64,000 bases of DNA from Lingula anatina (taxonomy: Eukaryota; Animalia; Brachiopoda). Of this stretch, positions 13,678-26,300 are shown in pieces; position 1 is the stretch's first letter, and every line of letters starts with the position of its first letter. The DNA is taken from the NCBI GenBank assembly GCA_051362555.1, contig CM120647.1, forward strand, positions 8,060,001-8,124,000, in the 5' to 3' direction. The position numbers were made by a program, and so were the translations under genes. The notes under the pieces were generated by a model. It was not told the origin of the DNA. It made no database searches and saw only the letters and a program-made list of their open reading frames with translations.

Positions 13678-14660
13678 GGCCACACGTGCATACAAATTAT
13701 TTGTGAATCTATAACTTTTTAACGAGGGTTGTGTTATTTACCTTTTTTTTAAAGCTGTTCATTCTTCCTCTTTATCAGATATATCGGTAAATATCAAATA
13801 TATTCCCCTTTTGAACTTGTAATAACTTGTAGCATGCTCCATGCTCTGAAAACCAGCACATGTATATTCCGAAACCGCCACGTAGTAAAAAAATGTCACC
13901 AAAATTTAGAATTATTACTCCTGTGGATTTGAAATAAACATCCGTTTGATTTTGACTATATTCCGTAACCACCTCGTTGTCAGAAATATCACCAAAAAGT
14001 AAATTTCTTTCTCCTTTGCACTTGTGAAAAATAAGTTTGACTATATTCCGGTCCGACGCTCCTTGTTTATCAGCAATGTCACTTTTGCAACAGGCCCAGC
14101 TAGGTGTGGCTCAGCTGAGAAGCGCACGGTCAGTGTCGATGATTGATACTTTTCACGCCAGTTGAACATCCATGACAAGTATTTAGCAAAAATTGACCAA
14201 ATTGGTCAGACATTACGTAAGAATTTGGTGGGAGGTGACCAGCGCACGCGGACGAGTTTATTTCATATAACATCTCTAGAGCGTGATATAGGGTCACTTT
14301 ATTCGGTTTTAGGGGTGTTTTAGGATGAAATGACTGTATTTTTTTCTCGGTATGTATGTCAAATAATACACTGTCACCCTCTCGCGATATATATGCATTG
14401 AACACCTCTCGCTGACGCTCGAGGTGTTATGGCATATATCGCTCGGGTGACAGTGTATTATCTCACACGTAATCCTAGACATGAATTTGACAGCAAAACC
14501 GCCATACTTCCACCTAACGATAATACATGCACAGAAAGTTCATTTACCACAAATTTAATAACGATTGCGAAAAACTTCGTTGGGGTGATTTTTTTTCACA
14601 GAAAGAACAAAAATTGGTGCGTGCGCAGAACGTCATCCATAATAAATAAAAAGTGTGGCC
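13678..14660. mobile_element. Related GGCCACAC-ended element, containing a repeat shared with 61799-62650
   Basis: tta|ggccacac ... gtcatccataataaataaaaagtgtggcc|taa. The right end matches the 49429 end; the left TIR is short or degenerate. Confidence 0.55.
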
Positions 14661-16406
14661 TAAACAAGTCTTAGCTGTAAGTTGAAGCTGTGAGCAAATT
14701 TCTACATACATTGGGCACCATGGTCACCAAAGAAAGTCTATACTGCCAATACTTAAATGCCTTTCAAAAAGAAATCGCCTTATGTGGGAATCAACACATT
14801 TTTAAACAAAATATCCAACACAATTCAATGAAACTTGATGTACAACCTTGGCCCAAGATATCATGAACTTGTAAACAAACGAACTAAAAAAATAAATAAA
14901 TAAGTAAATAAATAAATAAATAATTAAAAAAAAAAACATAATTACCAATATTCATAAGTACTTTGCTCTGTTAGCAATTTTATTACTGATACGATCTTAA
15001 GCCATGTCGCTCATGCACGGGTTGGTGTTAGCGTTACGTTACATGATGCATTTGAACTACTTCCTTCGTATTCATATTGTGCCTAGCAGGGGGGGGGGGT
15101 ATGTGACTAATAGGAAGCATTTTATTTTAGATGGGCAATTACAACGTATTTTAGAAATTAAAATAAAAACTAAACCTGATGGTGACCTTAGCTTTGATCA
15201 TTTGCCTCTTTTTCTCACTCTGTATTTTCACAATCCATAGGTAATATGAATAACGCCCCACTGTAAGCTGCCACAAGGACTTTAACACAAAAACAAATTC
15301 GCATATTTTATGGAATCTCAGTAGACTTTACGTTGACAATAGCTTAGCCACCATTCCTGTCGGCTTATTTATGCACAGGTCACAAGGGAAAAGCAGGAAT
15401 AGCTTTCACAAAAGGCTTTTTTATTTGCCGCTTATGTTATACTGGTATGTGGTACAATGGACTTACAAAGTCTATTATATTGCTACGCAAACATAATTTG
15501 TGATATAATACGTAAGTGTAATTCTGCACCACGGCCAGGTGTTAGACTCCCTAATGGGTATTGTTACCAGGGATTTGATTTTAATACCTTGTTAATGTAC
15601 AACTACGTAGGGTTGGCAGAAAAACACAAAGCTTGGATGTTTGATGTGTTTATATTTACAGTTCACTGGCATCTTGTCTAACGTAAAACGTTATATTTCT
15701 AACGTAAAATTGTAACAGAATTATGCTAAGATGAGCATCACCGAAGCATAGTTGTAGTGGGTGGATGTAAACTATTTAAAAATTGAAAGCAACGGAGGGG
15801 TATTCTTTTGCCCATGACGGACCAATGCCTGCGAGCGGGCGCGCGCGTTTGTGTATGCATGTGTTCGAGGGGTGTGTGTGTGGGGGGGGAGAGTCCTCTC
15901 GGGATGCCGCCTTCTGCCCCAATAGATCCAGAGACGGTTTAAAAAGCAAGCGACGGATGTGCTGGTCCTACAACGCATAAGCCGCACAATATAATGTCCC
16001 TCTGCTCACCTTGAAGTTTGTCAATACGTGTACGTTATCCTTAGCTAAATCGATAATGGATAACGTAAGGAAAATAAACTAAGGTCGGGTCCCATTTTTG
16101 GCACACAAAGGCATTAAAAGAAGGTGACACATTATTATTGAACATATGGCTCTCACCAATAAATTGTTCGTATATATTTTACTCTGAGAACCCTAGGTAT
16201 AACTATAGTCACATGGGTCAAGCCCTCGTGTTAGCAAAAATTGGGCAAGCATCATTTTCAACACCAGTGTTTTGCTTCTATTTTAAGGTCAATTCGAGCT
16301 CTTGTTACGTAGGGGTTGCGTATGAATCTGCACCGCACTTTTTTTTAACTAATAGCAGGACGATCGATTAAGCGGAACGTCGACTGCTACAGGTGAAAAT
16401 AAAACA

Positions 16407-18757
16407 ATGGGCAACAGGGCGGTTTCATATTTATTTTTTAGCGTTATTCTAATAACACAAAATGGACACGAAACCAAAGCAGGGTATAACCACAACGTGG
16501 CATTCAAACCTGAATGTGAACGCAGAGGTGATTATATCCCAAGCAAGTGCGTCTACAACTGGACTATCGACTATCGTATGACAGGGGTGTGGTACAACAC
16601 GAGGAGGAACACGGGAAAACCGGTCTTTAGGTATGATAATGACCAGTATTACTATGGGGAACAGTCAAACTGCACACGTCTGCCGTTGTCAGAGTCTGGT
16701 GAGTTTATCCCAATTACACGATCCATACACTGTACTAGACAATTAAGCCTTTTTATATACTATTTGCATATTCCAATCCCAGCTCTTAAAGGTATTAATT
16801 ACGCATACAAAATCCCATTGATTAATTAATTATTTAAAGCAATAATAAATTAATTAACAAGAACTAAAATACAGAGCAGCTGATCTTGTTTACTTTCTCC
16901 CTCCAGACCTTGACGATGTCATCATGACGGACGGAGGTTACCGTAGAGTCATCACCATTAACGGGCAGTTTCCCGGGGAGACAATAGTGGCTTACTACGG
17001 GACACAGGTATATAACAATTAACATGTCATGTGAGAATGAAAACGTTCTATCACCATTATTGTTTTTCTTCAATCGGAGAACATCGAAAGAAAGCTAAAT
17101 ACAGTGATGGTATTTCCTCAAATTATTTTGTCAATTTTCTCTTGTTTATAGGGATATGCCTTTACGTTGACATTTAACACATAATTACATTTGCAATTAC
17201 GTTTTCATTTCAGTTGATAATCAGTGTCACTAACAATCTAGAAGAAGAGGGTGTGTCCATCCATTGGCATGGCATCGTGCAGAGAGATACTCCATACATG
17301 GACGGGGTGGCTCGCATATCACACTGTCCAATCAACCCCGGGGAGACATTCGTGTATAGGTAAGGTTATCCGTCACTAACCAATCACATTTGTCGATATA
17401 TTATTTTGTTTGGCGTATATATTAGTTCCAAATATTCCGCCTGGAATTTTATTTGTACGCCATCATAATAATCCTACAGTATTGCCTTTTGGAGAGTCAC
17501 CATATTTGTTCCGCGGATCTGATAGTCCGCTGTTCTGAATGTGCTCTGAGTGTGTGTGTGTGTTATGTGTGTGTGTGTTATGTGTGTGTGTGTGTTATGT
17601 GTGTGTGTTGTGTGTGTGTGTGTGTTATGTGTGTGTGTGTTGTGTGTGTGTGTGTTATGTGTGTGTTATGTGTGTGTGTGTTGTGTGTGTGTGTTGTGTG
17701 TTATGTGTGTGTGTTGTGTGTGTGTGTGTGTTGTGTGTGTGTTGTGTTCTGTGTGTGTTATGTGTGTGTTGTGTTGTGTGTGTGTGTGCTGTGTGTGTGT
17801 TATGTGTGTTGTGTGTGTGTTATGTATGTGTGTGTGTGATATGTGTGTGTTATGTATGTGTGTGTGTTGTGTGTGTGTGATATGTGTGTGTTGTGTGTGT
17901 TATGTGTGTGTTTGTGTTATGTGTGTGTGTGTTGTGTGTGTGTTGTGTGTGTGTGCTGTGTGTTGTGTGTGTGTGTGTGTGTTATGTGTGTTGTGTGTGT
18001 GTGTGTGTTATGTGTGTTGTGTGTGTGTGCTGTGTTGTGTGTGTTTTGTGTTTTGTGTGTGTGTGTGTGTTATGTGTGTTAAGTGTGTGTGTGTTATGTG
18101 TGTGTTATGTGTGTGTGTTATGTGTGTGTGTTATGTGTGTGTGTTGTGTGTTATGTGTATGTTGTGTGTGTGTGTGTGTGTGCGTTGTGTTCTGTGTGTG
18201 TTATGTGTGTGTTGTGTTGTTTGTGTGTGCTGTGTGTGTGTGTTATGTGTGTTGTGTGTGTGTTATGTATGTGTGTGTGATATGTGTGTGTTATGTATGT
18301 ATGTATGTGTGTGTGTGTGTGTGATATGTGTGTGTTGTGTGTGTTATGTGTGTGTTTGTGTTATGTGTGTGTGTGTTGTTTGTGTGTTGTGTGTTGTGTG
18401 TGTGTGTGTTATGTGTGTGTTGTGTGTGTGTTTTGTGTTTTGTGTGTTGTGTGTGTGTGTTGTGTTGTGTGTGTGTTATGTGTGTTGTGTGTGTGTGTGT
18501 TGTGTTGTGTGTGTGTTGTGTGTGTGTGTGTTGTGTGTGTGTGTTATAATATGTGTGTTGTGTTGTGTGTGTGTGTTATGTGTGTGTGTGTGTTGTGTGT
18601 GTGTTGTGTGTGTGTGTTGTGGTTGTGTGTTGTGTGTGTTGTGTGTGTGTGTTATGTGTGTGTTATGTGTGTGTGTTATGTGTGTGTGTTATAATATGTG
18701 TGTGTGTGTGTGTTATGTGTGTGTGTGTGTGTGTGTTGTGTGTGTGTGTGTGTGTTA

Positions 18758-18827
<70 letters not shown>

Positions 18828-21445
18828 CGTCTATTGAGATAACACATAATACCACATACTAAATAACATTATAATTTGACAATGATTGAAATAAAGATTA
18901 TATTTATGATTATTTGTTGGTAACAAAACACTTTGAATATATATAATATGTGTCCTCAGGTTCATAGCCTATCCCCCCGGGACCCATTGGTACCACGCCC
19001 ACCTGGGGAGTTTACGGTCTGACGGTCTGCATGGGGCACTGGTCGTCATAGACCCCGCAGAGGTGATGTGTAATAATAATAATAATAATAATAATAATCG
19101 AATAATAATCGATCAATTCATCATATGATGGCGTGCGTTAAGGCTCCGTGACTAATTGCGTGGCTGTATTAAAAAGTTGTTTGGTTTTAATCCCTATTAA
19201 CCGATAAAACTATTGATGTGTATTCACTTTGTTTATATTTGGATTGTTTACCACGATTCTGTCGTGTATTATTGAATTATTGAAGGTCTTGGGTTTGTTG
19301 TTTAGTTAACGATTCATTCACCAATCTTTTTTTAACCCGCTGACACAGGCTAAATAACATCTTGCTTCAATAATTTTTTTATCGCATTAAACAAGACAAC
19401 CTCCTATGCTCCCCCAATTAAGTTACTTTATTTCAATTGTGTTACAGGCCTTCCCAACTACCAGACTCGGCACCTACGGATCCAGAATAAACCGGTATAT
19501 CAGAACACACTACCCGTTTCCACGGTGTGTGTCAGATTGCATTACAGAGTATCAGCCACCACACCGATTTTGCCTGGTGCACGATGTGATAGCAATGATC
19601 CTAAGCGGGGTTGGAAAGTAGTGCATCTCGTCTATATTCATGCGCTGCTGCAATTTTCCCTGTTTATGCTAAAAATCTGACAATACCGCTATTTTTAATA
19701 TAAAATTTAGGTTCGAACATAGCCAATGATGTTTTATAAATAAGAACTTGCAAACATATATATTAATTTAGAAAAATAGACCTAAATTTGATAGAGGAAG
19801 CATATTCTGTCGGGGGTGGAATATTTTCATGACTAGCGGGATGGACGCGATCAGGGGTAATCCTAGAGAAGGGTGGGAAACGTCCATTGTTCTCGTCAGC
19901 GAGGCTGGCTTTTTTTTTCAGGGTATGTACGCACAGACAGAAAACTAAGTATTGTGGGAACGTTACTAATGAAGCCGCTTGTAGTTCTAGTAGATATCAG
20001 CCTGTAGTCTTGAACAAGCGCCTCGATGACGAGTGAACAGTTGTCAAATACAAAGGACCCAGGTGTGGTAGTTCAACTACTGTTCATGCATGCCGCAACG
20101 ACCAAACCAAATTGCTCCTCAAGATCACAAAACAATATCCGGTACTGACGGCTAGGCTCGTCTTAATCATATAAGTAGCGCGTTTCCACCCCCTGACGAG
20201 ATTGAGGGAGTCGTCTGTCGCCATGCAATGTTGTTGTATTCATACGACTCCTACTTGACGAAAACGAGGCGCGATACCCGGATGACAGGTAGGCTTAAAA
20301 AATTTGTGATGGGATATGATACTCTGTAATGCGATCTGACACACACCTTGAAAACGGATAGTGTGGTCTGATATACCGGTTTATTCTGGATCCGTAGGTG
20401 CTGAGTCTGGTAGTTGGGTAGGCCTGTGTTACTAATATAGCCAATAAGCCGATGTGTTCTTCCGCTTTGGAGTGAATCCCCCGGATTTCTTACTGTTTGA
20501 AGAAATATCACCAGCCCAAATCTTTTAGTCAGTACAGGAAATCGGACCGGACGTAAACGGCGCAGACGTTTTTTGTCTTCTCTATTCTTGTCACATTAAT
20601 TTACTCTAGAGTGGACACCAGCCAAGCTGGCCACTAGCCCGTAACATTCTGATGGCATGTTTTAGGCTACTTAAACGCATTACCCGTGACTAAAATCGTG
20701 AGGATTTCCACGTGACCTTTATCACTCTGTTGATTATGCTTTATTGTGGCGCGAGTACACGCGCTTAAGTGGTAAATCCTGACCCCAGTTTCACAAAAAA
20801 AGAAAGTTTCCGGGCTAAGAATTTCATTTCCAAGGTTACATGGTCACATCTTACCCTGTATCAAGACAGTGTTAGTAAACTAAGCCAGGGAACTGACTTA
20901 AGTTTGCTTGGTTTAATTTTCCAGGCGAGGAACGACACCGACGTCACCATGATACTGACCGACTGGTTTCCACAGGGCACCTCCACGATAGCTTCCAATG
21001 TTATTTGGGAACTGGGGCGCTTTGCACCCTTTATGCAAACCTCACCCTCCATCGAAGACAATTTTACGGAAGGGACGTGTTTTTATCAAACCAAGCAACA
21101 CGATGGGATGGAAATAGGGGTGTGGCCAGTTCAGTCCATTCTGGTCAATGGAAAAGGTAAGGTCACTGACTTTGACCTCGTAATAATAGTACTGTAGTAC
21201 AAGTATTATTCGTTGTTGTATTATCGGTGAGGATCCAGGATTATTTGCACAGCCGAACCCCTTGGCATGGGTTTCAGGACCCGCTGTAATTTTGGTATTT
21301 TAGAGGGCGAACGGTGCCATTTGGTACGGTTAAGAACTATGATTCAGCTAGTCAAAATTCTAATCTCAAGAGGGGACCATTGGTGTGATTCTTTTTTCAG
21401 AAATCGATGGGGATTAGGACCCCCTTACACCCCCCCTAAATCCGA

Positions 21446-21497
<52 letters not shown>

Positions 21498-21537
21498 GCT
21501 GCTGCTACTACTACTACTACTATACTACTACTACTAA

Positions 21538-21580
<43 letters not shown>

Positions 21581-22449
21581 CTCTGATCACAGAATTTGCT
21601 AGAAGTCTCTTGCAAAATTATTTTTTAACTTATAATCTAACTTTGTATGCTATTCTCGAGTCCCCTGATATCAGATGCTGTACATGTAGTAATGGCACAG
21701 TAGCGGTTTTTTTTGGGGGGGTGGGTGGGGGGTGGGGGTGGGGGTGTTACAAAATAAAGCGGTGCAACAGACATGGTAATCAGTTAATTGGTAGCAACAC
21801 ACCTGACTACACATTTCTCAAGTCAGATATCTTATATGAGATCTGAGTTAAAAAAAAAAAAGAACGCATTTTTACTTTTTACCTAGGTATACCTGTATTA
21901 TTGCAGGCACCGTATGTGACGCAGCCCATGGGACGTCCAGATATAATTGTACTGAGAGACTCGAGGAGTTCATAGTACCCAGGCATAAGAAAATCCGCAT
22001 TCGGATCCTCAACGCAGCCACCCAGTATGCTCTCAAAGTATCCATTGACAGCGTAAGTCTTGACAATTGTTACCGGTCTCTATACAATTATGCTAGTAAT
22101 TTGCTTTAGAGACTACATGTTATTTAAGCTGCAATATGTTAGTGCAGGGGCGGATCCAGGATTATATAAAGGGGTGGGTGGGTGCGGATGCGAAGCAGAA
22201 GACTGCCTTTTGGTACTGTTAAGAAGAATGATTCAGCTAGTCAAAATTCTAATATCAAGGGGGGACCATTGGTGTGATTTCTTTTTCAAAAATCGAGGGG
22301 GGGGGGCAAGACCCCCCTGACCCCCCCTCTAAATCCGCCACTGTAGTGTCTCAAAAGACCTGTGCGCACCATGGATATATGCTGATTTTAAAGCAGTAAT
22401 CCCGTCCCCACGTATTCTTGGTAGATCGGTTGATTTGGTTGGTTGCAGG

Positions 22450-22519
<70 letters not shown>

Positions 22520-23275
22520 CAAACGACGCCATGTAGCTCATTCTTCACTGGGTTTTACCGGAAAGCATGCCTGAGAAAAGGAAAGCAAAACAGTATAAAA
22601 CGGAAGGAAAAGAAAAAAATACGTACATCCGGTTTTACGTCGAGGTCAACTTCTAAAAAGATAATTCTATTTTTTATAAAATAGCATCATTTCTTTCGTT
22701 ATCTTCTTGCAGCACACCATGACGGTGGAATCAATGGACGGCAACGCCATCCAGGGAACGGAAGTATTAGACTACCTCATCATTCACACCGGTGAGAGAT
22801 ATGACATAGAGGTCGCCACTGATCAATACAGGCAGTATCCAATACAGCCCGTAAATGACGGATATTTCTGGATACGAGTGGAATCCTTGGAGGAATTTGA
22901 CCAGCCAAATCGAACTGTAATGGCTTATTTATTTATTTCTATGGACAAGATATCCCAAAAATATGTCATAAATTTTGGCGGAATTAACAGAATATATACT
23001 TTTGATGAGGGAAATTAGTGACTCTAATGACAACTGCAACTGCATCATATATAAGGCTGCCAAGAAAATGTCGAACTTTTATCTTAATTTTTGTGTACAT
23101 TTTTTTGCAGTTACGAACTATAATTAATCCAAAAACCGGCTGGGCGGTTTTTAAGTATGAAGGAAGCCCATCCAGACGTAAACCGTTTACAACACCCAAG
23201 CAATGCCCAGTTTCTGATCCATGTGAGATCTTGAATTGTCCTTTCCGGTAAGGAAAATATAAACTTGATTTTACT

Positions 23276-23306
<31 letters not shown>

Positions 23307-26300
23307 TGTATATATGGACAGTAGTGAACTATGATATCATCTGCCTATTTATCAACGAACGCCTTAGCCTGTGGAGATCTTAAATCAATCAAATGGTGCG
23401 ATATTATGTACAGACTTGACATTTAATATGGAATGTTTTTTCCCAATCATTTTTCATCACTTTTTTTCCTATTTTACTGAGTGATAAATGAAAACAAGGA
23501 TTAAAATCGTGCTTTGATAACTTTTAATTATCTCTTTGATGTCACTGTGACATCAATTCATTAATTGAATTCGCCAGAGAAGCAAACAAAACCTGCCTAT
23601 TCTTTGACATACGACAACCATTAAAAGAGATTTTTGGATCTCCATATTTTCCAAACTATCGTCTAGAGTTACACCCTCCAAAAAGGACCCTCATCTCAAT
23701 ATCAAGTCACAGTAACGGTCGCTGTTTCCTCTGACCTCTTCTGGTTGCTACCAGAGCTCCCAAGCGGCAAGGCGTTCCTTGAGACAGGTTTTTAGAGTTC
23801 AATCTGGAATAACATTCCAGGTGTGTGTCAGATCGCATTTCGGAGTATCAGTCAGAACACCGACAGGATGAGCCCGCGGTCGTCCTACAAAATTTGTTCT
23901 GGGGTATGATACTCCGAAATTCGATCTGTCACACACCTTGAAAACGGGTAGTGTGGTCCGATATACCGGTTAATTCAGGATCCTTATGTGCCGAGTCTGG
24001 TAGTTGGGTAGGCCTGATATGGATACTTTTATGACAGAGCCATGCTTTGCCAAAGCCAAGCTTTGACCTGCCAAAAGAAGCACTACCCAGTTAAATTACT
24101 GCGTATTACATAATGCAGCAGCACAACAGACCTCGTAATCAGTTAATTGGTAGCAACACACCTGACTTCACACTTCTCCATTCACATATCTTACATGAGG
24201 TCAGATTTTTTTGAAAATAGAATGCATTTTTACCTGGGCATACCTTCGAAACTGAAATATTCCATATTTAATGTCAAGTCTGTATTTCAATACTAAGCAC
24301 TTTTGGAGAAGGGGGGAGGTAGCCATCGTCGAGCATTTCCCAGAATTGTTTGTAAAACCCCCTTTACTCTGTATGGCGTCCTTTCTGCGTCAATGAAAGT
24401 GGCATCGCTGTGGTCGTAGAAAGGAGGTACAAACATCGCTTTGGTTGCAGAAAGAATACTCAACAATCTACAACTATTACATTTCTTTTTTGCTCTCATA
24501 ACGAGGCTATACAACGGGACTCAGAAAGGACGCCGTCCAGTGTAGAAAGGGCTTAAACAAATGTTATATGTTTTTATAGGGAATACAGGCCCAATGGAGG
24601 CAATTATTACACCTGTATACCAATAAGTAGGACCCGCGCTCTTGGCAGCCTTATAGACCGACACCCGGTGCCTATGCCCACCTCCGCCGACAACTTTCAG
24701 CAGATATTCCTTAACTTTCATTTCTCAGGTCAGTTGCTTATATAAAATATTCATGAATAAACAATTAACATTTGATCGCATGGAAAGCGAATATTGTTTG
24801 ACTGTCACCATTAAATGGGCAAAAATCCGTACTCTAAGCGGTCCTAGTGTGACATGGGATTTCTTATAGCAGGGGATTTATAATTACTATCTCTATATCT
24901 TAGATAATCTCATCTCCACTTAATGAGAAAGTATCGTAACTGTTACATCAATGGAATTGAATATAACTGTACACAATTAAAATTTTACCTCGCTATATAT
25001 TCCTATGAGGCAATGTCAGTACTAATTAAAAAGATACTGGTAGGCCGTCCTGCACGGAAAATTTAATTGTATATATTCATTGCTAACATTCAGGTTAATT
25101 CCCTCAACATTATGACTTCAGGTTCCAAGGCACTCCGATCATCTATTAACGGTCACTCGTTTCGCTTTCCCAGGGTACCCCCACAGGTACGGTTGTTATA
25201 CGATTACCTCGATTTTTTGGGAGCCTGTAAAGAATAGAATAGAGTAGAGTAGAATACAATAGATGTTACAGCTCTCACTATACTTTATTTACGAACCCGA
25301 GTGTACTCTGTGTGTGAACATGGCAGAAACAAGAAACGAATGTCTTTTAATAATTTACAAATAAATAAAATGAACTTAATGCAGAACTGAACAAACTTAG
25401 AAATATTTAAATGAATAACATTGATAAACTAAATATACTTACTAAATTTCTAAACTAAATAAGGATGAAAATAAATGATAAGCACTGAAATAATCAAACT
25501 AAACTTAGAGAAATACAAAATCTAAACACAAAGAAAATGAAAACCAAACCAATCAAGTCTATCATACCTGTGTGTGAACATAGCAGAAACAAGAAACGAA
25601 TGTGCCGCGAAACAAAGAGGGGCGTGTTTTATATAGAAACGAAGACACACGGACACAAACGATAAGTCACGAACACACTTCTCTACAACCACAATCATAC
25701 ATCATACATACACATGTTACATAGAAAAAGATTGATTAATAGAATTGATGATAAAAAGAATTTCACAGGTGAGTATATGACATTGACTAAAGAAGAATTC
25801 ATATTGAATTTCCATAAAAACGTATAGTTAGAATACATGATAGATCTGAGCCGATATCAACTTATTGCGAAGCATTATCACAGAGGCTGTGCCCTCAACA
25901 GTATTTCCTACGCTTCACTGATAAGACACTTACTCACAGGTTCGAGTTCTAAAATATTTTTGTTAGAAATAATTTCAAAAAAATAATTTGATTACTATAA
26001 GAAAAAATACACGCATGTACGTACGGGAGTGTATAGTCACGTCGCAATCGGTAACGCTCACAGATGCAAAAAAATTCCAAAGCTACCATCAATCGTGGTC
26101 CTTCAGGTATTTTTATTTAAAGGGTTTATATTTATATTTACTCAACAGTTAATTGTTCAAAATATATTTTGATTTTTTTTAGTTGTACCCGGAACGCGAC
26201 TCAATTTATGAATGCGACGAGCCTTGCACCGGAGATTGCTTCTGTTCTTACAAGGAGAAATTGAAGTTAAACAACGTCATTCAGATTGTCCTGATTAATA

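Noticed and set aside
17453-18842. Long Cys/Val-rich ORFs (up to 430 aa) resembling metallothionein or keratin-associated proteins
   Set aside because: They are translations of the intronic (GT)n microsatellite, largely open in all three frames.
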